DNA of 64,000 bases from Octopus sinensis (Eukaryota): assembly GCF_006345805.1 (NCBI RefSeq), contig NC_042999.1:112344001-112408000 (forward strand), written 5' to 3'. The notes beneath the pieces were generated by a model, which was given only the letters and a program-made list of their open reading frames with translations, made no database searches and was not told the DNA's origin. Position numbers and translations under genes: made by a program. Of the stretch, positions 55,555 through 64,000 are shown in pieces (positions within the stretch are counted from its first letter, which is position 1; every line of letters starts with the position of its first letter).

Positions 55555-56033
55555 GAGAGAGAGAGACGAATAGTCATTATTCAAGTTTCAAAATTTCGTT
55601 TTGTGTGTGTGCATACATGCATGTCTGCAAGCATGTATATGTCCATCCACTCATACATATACATATAAGAATTGTGTAGAAGATGAGTGCAAATGTTTCT
55701 GTGAAGTATACTTTTGAAAATTTTAATATTCAGACGTATAAAATTGAAGAGGTTTTCGATTACAGATTACTGCTCAAAAGATTTTGCTAAACATTTTTGC
55801 ACATTTTATGCATGTCTACAGCCATTGTCGTATAATTACGAACTTCGTTTCGATCTTCTGATTACACCTTGCGCATGTGTCTTCTACTGTTACTTACCTA
55901 GATTACTAATACTATGCGTGTATGTATATATATTATATACATATATCTACATATATATATATACATATAGATACTATACATATATATATACAATAATATA
56001 TATACATATATATACATATTAATACATTAATAC

Positions 56034-56076
<43 letters not shown>

Positions 56077-56090
56077 ATATATATATACAC

Positions 56091-56133
<43 letters not shown>

Positions 56134-56279
56134 AACCGTTATCTCTACACATTATTCTCTGTTTTTTTTTTTCCCTTCTCCGTTTACTCTTACTCTTGAA
56201 GAACGAAGGCTCGAAACGTAAAAGACTTTTGCATTCTTCCCGAGCGTTAAACAAATACACCTGCTTGTGTTGATCGGAC

Positions 56280-57025
56280 TTGTCCGTGGTACGCGCAGAG
56301 TGACGAAAAACCGTTCTGCATGCACTCGTTCAGTGTCCAGGCATTGCTGACTTGTGTGTTTATGCCGAACAGCTGTTGTCACGTGTGGGACGGATCTGTC
56401 TGTCGGTCGAATCTGTAGTGATGACTGCCCAGCCGCCCTCCTTCAATCGGGCAGGCAAGACTGTTTTCTTTTTCCTAGTAGTTGTGGCGAAAGAGGTTGT
56501 TTGATGGACAAAACTGAAAGGCTTGAGGACAGTTACATTCCTCTTTGGTAGAGCTGTCATTGACTTCTTCAAGTTTCACTTCAAGCGAAAAGTGAGAGTG
56601 GAGAGAGAAGTGCTAGCCTCGAGTGAGTTTATTGAAAGGCGGGTGGTGAAAGTTGTGTAAATGGCAAGAGTGGCTGGTACCTCTTTCAGTGTAGACCTGT
56701 AAATCGGAAAGATGGAATTGGAGAGGGCACTTGCATTTGGTGTTCAGTGAAATTTCGAACAGGGGTTCCTCGACCATCCCTAGAGGTCCTCCTGTGTCAG
56801 GAGGACTACAACTCTATCATCCTCCACCCCACCTCAGTTTTTTAAACTTTTGTATACTATGCATATGTCCCTTCTTTTTTAGTGTATACCGTGTAAAGTT
56901 ACCTTTTTTATTTTATTTTTCATCATTTCATTATATACAACTCATCCCCCCCCACACACACACACTTTATGTCTGTCTTTCTATTGTCCTCCTCCTCCTT
57001 CGCGTTTGTAGCAAATAAATGAAAT
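56280..57025 (+). mobile_element. L1/Tx1-clade LINE 3' fragment
   Basis: CPWYAQSDETVLHALVQCP CCHC-type motif, KEVV*WTKLKG, FFKFHFKRKVRVERE; 3' UTR with AATAAA near 57014. Confidence 0.75.
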
Positions 57026-57027
57026 CA

Positions 57028-57232
57028 CTATTATTATTTTATTGTCTTTGCACAGCTTATAACGCTGGGGATGTACTACGGTGTCAGCTGTTCATTGCCA
57101 GTGAACTAAGGTAACACCCCTTGTTTTTCGAGCACCATCCAGAGTATTAGAGCGTTTCCAAGCAGTACTATTTTCTGCAAGTGCTCCATTTTTATTGCAG
57201 CCACTATTTGTTCCATGTACTTCTGAAGATTA
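57028..57232 (-). mobile_element. Dong/R4-like (RLE) non-LTR element 3' end
   Basis: KMEHLQKIVLLGNALILWMVLE resembles the LQKxxLLGTARILRxVL C-terminus; (AAT)n on both sides. Confidence 0.6.
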
Positions 57233-57367
57233 TTATTATCATCATCATCATCATCACATCATCATCATCATCATCATCATCATCATTATTATTATTATTA
57301 TTATGTCGATTAGTTCTGATATCTATTGTCGGCGTGCGTTATCATATTCCAGAGTATATTTATATAT

Positions 57368-57407
57368 GTTGCTCATATATGCGCCCATCTGATGGATGGC
57401 TTCAGGG

Positions 57408-57500
<93 letters not shown>

Positions 57501-57550
57501 TATATATAAACCCAGAAGCCATCCATCAGATGGGCGCATATATGAGCAAC
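57368..57550. repeat. ~45-bp inverted repeat flanking (TA)n
   Basis: gttgctcatatatgcgcccatctgatggatggcttc.gggttt and its reverse complement. Confidence 0.9.
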
Positions 57551-58322
57551 TGACCCTAGGATTCTGTATAATAACCCAAGTTACCAATCTCCCAGCCAAA
57601 TGCAAAGTAAAAAGAAATAAGTCGAGTGCAAACAAATACAGACAGAACGATAGACATTTAAAGAAAGAAATTATATAGAAGAAAAACTGAAGGAGAGAAA
57701 CAAACTGAAAGAAAAACTGACTGAAAGAAAGAATTTGAAAGAAAATGGAATTTAACAAATGAAAGAGGTAAACGGAACGAAAGAGAGACAGAGATTTTAA
57801 AAAGGAAACTGGAATAACGAGAGCATTTGCAAAAGAGAGATAGAAACGGGAAGAAAGAAGGATCTGAAAGAAATAAGAAAAAGTAAAAAAGATAAAAAGG
57901 AAGTCGAGGAGCAAAAAGACGTGAAGTAAAAAAACGAGAAGAGGAAAGACAGCGAGAGAAAGACAAAGTGAAGGAAAAAGAAAGCGAAGAAAGATGGAGA
58001 GAGAAGGAGGGGATGGGAGATAGTGAGAGGGAGAACGGCAAGAAGGCAGGAAGGAAGGCCATTTCCTAACCATGCATGACGATTTGCCAAACAACCCTGA
58101 CAAAAGCTACACGCTTGTTATGCTAATGGAGATGGAAGCAAGAATCAGGAAATTTGCTGATAGATCCATTTGTACAAACACTTTCCCTACCATTAATGCT
58201 TTCTTACCATTTTTGCTGACTTTTTGCTATATTCATTCTCCTTTTGCTTTTTCCTTTTTTTTTCTTTCACCTAAGCAACGATTTTGTTGTCTATTTATTT
58301 TATCTATATGTGTGTGTATGTG

Positions 58323-58380
<58 letters not shown>

Positions 58381-58683
58381 TTTGCTATTGAATATTCTAT
58401 TCTTTAGGGTGTTTTCAGGGAAAAGAAGATGAAGAGAAAGAGAGAGAAAGAGAGTGAGAGAGAAAGCGACAGGAATGGAGAGGAATGCTTGAAAGCTTTT
58501 ATTCGTTAAATTTTGTTAATTTTATTTTTCTATTAATTACTTTGTTATATTTTATTATTTTCTTGATACGCACAGTATATCAAATACAGCATCACTGTAT
58601 GTGTGTGTGTATGTGTGCGTGCGTGTGTGTGTGTATATTTATATATATATATATGTATGTGTGTGCGTGTATATTTATATATA

Positions 58684-58736
<53 letters not shown>

Positions 58737-58834
58737 AACATACACACGCACACGTGTATGTGTGTGTGTGTCTGAATGTCCCTGTATGGATATATACAAA
58801 TATATTTAAACATAATGTTCATATGTATGTGTGC

Positions 58835-58882
<48 letters not shown>

Positions 58883-59028
58883 ATATATATATATATATAT
58901 TATATATATATACATACATGCATGCATACATTTACGTCTATAATATATAATGAATTTATAGAGATATGTATATATAAAATAAATACATATGTGCATATGC
59001 ATGTGTTTTTATATACGTATATATATAT

Positions 59029-59079
<51 letters not shown>

Positions 59080-59880
59080 TATATATATATATATATAATA
59101 TATACACATAATACATATGTACAAACATATGTGTACCTGTTCCCATGTGTATGCATGCGCGTGTGTGTGCATGCGTGCGCGGGTATATGTGCATATGTAT
59201 ATCTGTATATAAAGTAAGTTCTTTTTTTTTTCATAATATATCAAATATTTATTCTATTTCGTCTTTTCATTGGAAACTAATACTAATCAGTATTTTGGCT
59301 TATTTATTCTTTCATTTCGTTTTCTATCATTTTTTGGGTTTTTTTAACTTCGGTTTCCCCATCACCACCTTCATCACAGAATATCACACTAGTCAATACT
59401 AACAGAAGTCGTTATCTGACAAAATAAAAAAAAAATTTAAAAGAAGTTTTGGATGGGGCAAAAATAATATAAATAATATTTTCAACGTAGCTATTTTAGT
59501 AAGTTTCCCAGGATATTTTTTTGCTTTTTATTTTTTTGTCTTTTTGCTAAATATGAAAAGATATAAATCATCCTAATCATCATCACCATATCGCTCATCA
59601 TCATCATCATCATCATCATCATTACCTGTGTCGTCATCATCGTTCACGTCGCCATTTTTGATATTCTGTGTCTCAGCCCAGTCATCACCGTCATAAAAGT
59701 TATCATCATGGTCATTATTCTCATGAGCGACGTCGTCGTAGTCGTCGTCGTCATCATCATCATTAGCAGCAGCAACACCAACATAATCGCCGACGTCATT
59801 GTCATTATCGTCTTCGCCTTTTTATTCTGTCATTCACATTATCATCGATATATCAGTTTCATCTCCCAAGCTGATATATA

Positions 59881-59911
<31 letters not shown>

Positions 59912-60179
59912 GTAACTACATGGGGATTGTTGGCGATTTTTTTCCTCCGTCTTCCTTTTCTCTGGGACTTTCCTCTGTCCCCTATCACTGAAGAAGAGCT
60001 TTGCCTGAAATGTAAAAGACCCGTTCTTTCCTTCCCTGAGCGTCTTTTAATACTTTGCATGCATATACCACGTCCTCGCGTTGTTGTTGTTCTTTCTTGT
60101 TGCATTTTTCTTCGTTTATTTTTTCTATTAATTCTATTTATATATATATATATAAGAGACCAAAGTGTACTACGCCGCT

Positions 60180-60520
60180 ATATGTATATAAAAAAGAATA
60201 CAAAAAATGGGACAAGAACGCAACAGGCGACAACAAAACATCCAAACAGTTGGATAATACAAAAAGGGACATGAAAAAACAAGGACGGGTCATTCGAAGT
60301 TTTCTTTCGTCAGTCGAGTTCCAGATTATCTTTGCAGTTTCAGGAGTATAACCAGCCGAAACTGCAAAGATAATCTGGAACTCGACTGACGAAAGAAAAC
60401 TCTGAATGACACGTCCCTGTTTTTTCATGTCCCTTTTTGTATCATCCAACTGCCTGGATGTTTTGCAGTCGCCTGTTGCGTTCTTGTCCCATTTTTGCAT
60501 TCTTTATATGTGTGTATATA
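60180..60520. repeat. ~150-bp-arm inverted repeat with a 16-nt loop
   Basis: Arms ~60193-60341 and 60358-60505; inner ~45 bp perfect, outer part with about ten substitutions. Confidence 0.92.
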
Positions 60521-62734
60521 TATCCCGTAAAGTATGACACGGGAGGACATGGAAAAACATACGAAAAACAAGAGAAAAGCACGCAAAGGACGTGGGGACG
60601 GGCACTCACCCTCGCTAGGTAGCGCGAATACTTGACCAAAACTACCCAGAAACTGATGTTTCTCCTAGTTATGAATAAGACCTATTGCACTTAACTACAT
60701 TACGATAAGGGTTAGACGACAATATAGAAATATGTGAAGTTAGAAGATTCACTAAATCTTGGTAATTAGTAAGTTTAATTACTCTGAGGATTGAAAATGT
60801 CATAAGTGTCAGACATGAAAATTTGAGGAGTATTAAAGCGGGATAATGACTGGTGGGAAAGAAATAGAAGTGAATTGGTTAAAAGGTGGCGTGGACATAA
60901 GAAATTAATGAAGTATGATTACAGGTGAATGAGCGCCGTAGCGACTAAGGTGTTGGTTGCAAATAAAGACGAATAAGAGGTGGTTGTGTGTGAAGTACGA
61001 CATGTGAAATGAATTACGTGGAGAGCGAGACGTTTGACGTCATACGTGATGTAAGTAATGGCTGGCTGTGTAGTATGAGTTAATTGTTGCCGATCTACGA
61101 ATTTCGATTGTACGTTTGTGTGTGTGTGGATACATCCTCATCATCACTAAGTTCAAAAATGCATACCATCTGCGTTTATGCAGCTCAAAACCTAAATCCA
61201 TATTTTATTTTAATTTTCAATCAAATGTAAAGGCTTTAAAAGCTTGGTCATTCTGGAGAACTGATCACCAATACAACCCAGTTTCATCTTCGTTACACAC
61301 TCAAGAAATTAGTTTCATACTCATTTAACCTTTTTTTTTTTTCTTTACCAATTGATTTACTTGGTCAGTGCACTACCTGATTCAACATGGATTATTTTAT
61401 TATTCATTTCATAGCGACTTCTAAATCACCATAAAAACCCCTCTGATGTTTCGAAATTTTTGTCCATATACATACCTAGCTAAACGGCAGCAATTTGAAT
61501 TTCTGCGTCACAGTTGCTGTTATTGCAAAATCGTAATTGAATGAACTACTTCTTTGCTGCGCTCTCCAAGGTTTGTATCTTTTCAACTATTATACGCTTC
61601 CTTGCAGCAACAGATGATGATTCAAAATTTACATCAACGTTATATTTCAAAGAAACTAGCTTGGCGTACACCTTAAGCTATTTGCTTTACAAACTCTCAC
61701 CACTGAAGCACCAGTTGCTCACTTTCTTGTAAGTTCTAGTTCTGGCTCACAATTTCCACTAGACTACCATTTTCTCTTGATATGAAATACAAAGCTGAAA
61801 GTTACCTAATCACTGAAATGTTAACAGAAGTTGCAGAGCAGCACAAGTTTTTGTGCGTTGGTGGTGGTGGTCATTGTGTTGGGGATGTTTTGGGGTGTGT
61901 ACTATCAAATTTGGAGATATTATATTATGATACTTCAGGAACAAACTTATTTACAAATTAGTTGTAGTTAATGAATTTTCAAAGAATTTATACGTACAGA
62001 TTTTCACTGCAAAACGCAGTGTTTATTAAAAGGGAGATTGAAAACTATTTAGAAAGAGTATGTCTTATATAACTGGCTGGATATCGAGAGAACGAAGCAG
62101 GAAGAGGAAGTGTGAATGTATTTGAATACTGGGCGGTTTAAGAAACTAGGAAGTTAGGGACAATGCAGCGAGTTAGAAAGAAAGAGTACATCTTCCAGAG
62201 AGTCTCATAAAAGTAAATAATAAATAGGATGTACACTGGCCAAATGTCGCCGGTTTGCAACCCTTATTTTTGTTATTTTCTTATTAGCCCGACATTCCGC
62301 CAAATCCATATCATAATACAACCAGTTGTGAAGTGCGCAGTGTTATCTCAGAACCACTCCAGTAATCTTGCATAAAAGGGAAAAGAAAAAGTAGTTTGCT
62401 TTTAAGATCCCTTATAAATATTATTGTGTTACTTTGATAATTATGATGAATTTACCAGCTTCGGTGGGTTTGTATAACATAGACTTCTAAAATACTAATA
62501 CTCAGAGATTCTGTAACTGACGATCACTCTCTTAAGTCATTATCCGTTTTAGCGATATCTGTCATTTATATGTGATATGGTTCGAAGCGGAATAATATTG
62601 AATCAAATGTAACCGATATTAAAACCATATTGAGATCTTCTTCCTTGTCATGTGTATGTATATATATATATATCGAGAACGAAGCAGGAAGAGGAAGTGT
62701 GAATGTATTTGAATACTGGGCGTATCAAAAAGTA

Positions 62735-63595
62735 TCCGAGGTGTAGTCAAAAAGTATACGACCATAATTTGGGGGGGGGTGCACAAAATAAAAATGCGTG
62801 GGCAAAATCTGCATAAGAATTAGGTAGCCGCGTCCTTCCTGAGCATGCACAAAACTTTTCGTGTTTGTAGCTTGCACTATTCGCCCGCAATGATGTGTTG
62901 GGTACCGACGGGAAGAGTGTGCTGTGCGATCTTTCTTTTTGAGTCAACATGACCGAGCACATTGAGCAAAGATACTGTATCAAATTCTGCCTAAAACATA
63001 GTGATGCACAAGCCAAGACTATCGAGAAGTTTCAGATAATGCTATAGGAAGAACACAGATGAAGGAATGGAAGACCGGTTCAAAGATGGCCGCACCTCAG
63101 TGGACAGTGAACCAGACAATCAACAAAGAATACCACCTGGGAGTTCTTCGTTGCCTTCATGAAACTGTGCGGCGAAAACGACCCGACCTGTAGGCAGCAA
63201 AGAACTGACAACTCCGCTATGACAACGCATCCGCTCACACCGCTCACGTCACCCAAGCATTCCTCGTCAAGTAAAAAACAACACGTGTTCGTCAAGCTTC
63301 CTACTCCCAAGACTTGGCTTCCAGTGACTTTTGGCTATTCCCAGGGCTCAAAAAAAAACACTCAAAGGGGGATTTAAGTCAAGAGAGGGCATTGAAGAAA
63401 ATTCGACTACATAGTTCTACAGTTTCCCAAAAAGTGATTTTCAGAAATGTTTCCAGCAGTAGCAGGAACGCTGGCAGAAGTGTGTAGACTCCCAGGGCGA
63501 ATACTTTGAAGGAGGCTAAATCAATATGGTAAGTTTTTTTTAATATTTCTTGTTTTTTTGGTCAAAGCTCGGATACCTTTTGACTACACTTCGTG
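62735..63595 (+). mobile_element. Internally deleted mariner transposon
   Basis: TIRs gtgtagtcaaaa.gtat.cga; EQRYCIKFC, DNASAHTAHVTQAFL, YSQDLASSDFWLFP, RWQKCVDSQGEYFEG. Confidence 0.92.
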
Positions 63596-63599
63596 TATA

Positions 63600-63607
63600 T
63601 ATATATG

Positions 63608-63665
<58 letters not shown>

Positions 63666-63721
63666 GTGTGTGTGTGTGTGTGTGCGTGCGTGTGCGTGTG
63701 TGAGTGTGTATGTATGTATAT

Positions 63722-63760
<39 letters not shown>

Positions 63761-63794
63761 CATACATACATACATACATACATACATACATACA

Positions 63795-63827
<33 letters not shown>

Positions 63828-63850
63828 TTATGTGTGTGTATATATATATA
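63600..63850. repeat. Compound (TA)/(TG)/(GATA)/(CATA) microsatellite
   Basis: Direct inspection. Confidence 0.95.
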
Positions 63851-64000
63851 TAGCTGAAAGGGGGTTAAGAATTCATACAAATCAATGGTTGTGGGTAAAA
63901 AGTAAAAGTGGAAACTGAACGGAGGTATGTTCAAAGATCATTTTTACTTTTTAAATTTTTGTCCATTTGTGGTTGCTCTTAATTTTAAGAGTTCTATTTC

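Overview
Repeat-saturated, AT-rich eukaryotic DNA. It is most likely an octopus (coleoid cephalopod) genome, inferred from the dense (TA)n/(CA)n/(GATA)n/(AAT)n microsatellites and the SINE, RTE and Penelope repertoire. No host gene can be named, and almost all entries in the ORF track are microsatellite artefacts. Supported content: a near full-length but inactivated CR1/L2-group LINE (~48.45-52.55 kb), one young and several old RTE LINE fragments, an L1/Tx1 3' end, a Dong/R4-like 3' end, two internally deleted mariners, hAT MITEs, Penelope-like (PLE) GIY-YIG remnants, at least five tRNA-derived SINE families, and a 100-N gap. Four observations stand out. (1) A tRNA-headed SINE carries an intact-looking minimal hammerhead ribozyme; it is present three times, including a head-to-head dimer flanked by a 12-bp target-site duplication. 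(2) Several long fold-back palindromes contain, or pivot inside, hammerhead motifs. (3) About a dozen hammerhead or hammerhead-like motifs from several families occur in the window. (4) CpG is strongly depleted in the left ~19 kb relative to the right 38 kb, and three in-phase minus-strand candidate exons lie at 15.5-20 kb, suggesting a methylated gene body. Coordinates and counts were made by hand and are approximate at the ends.
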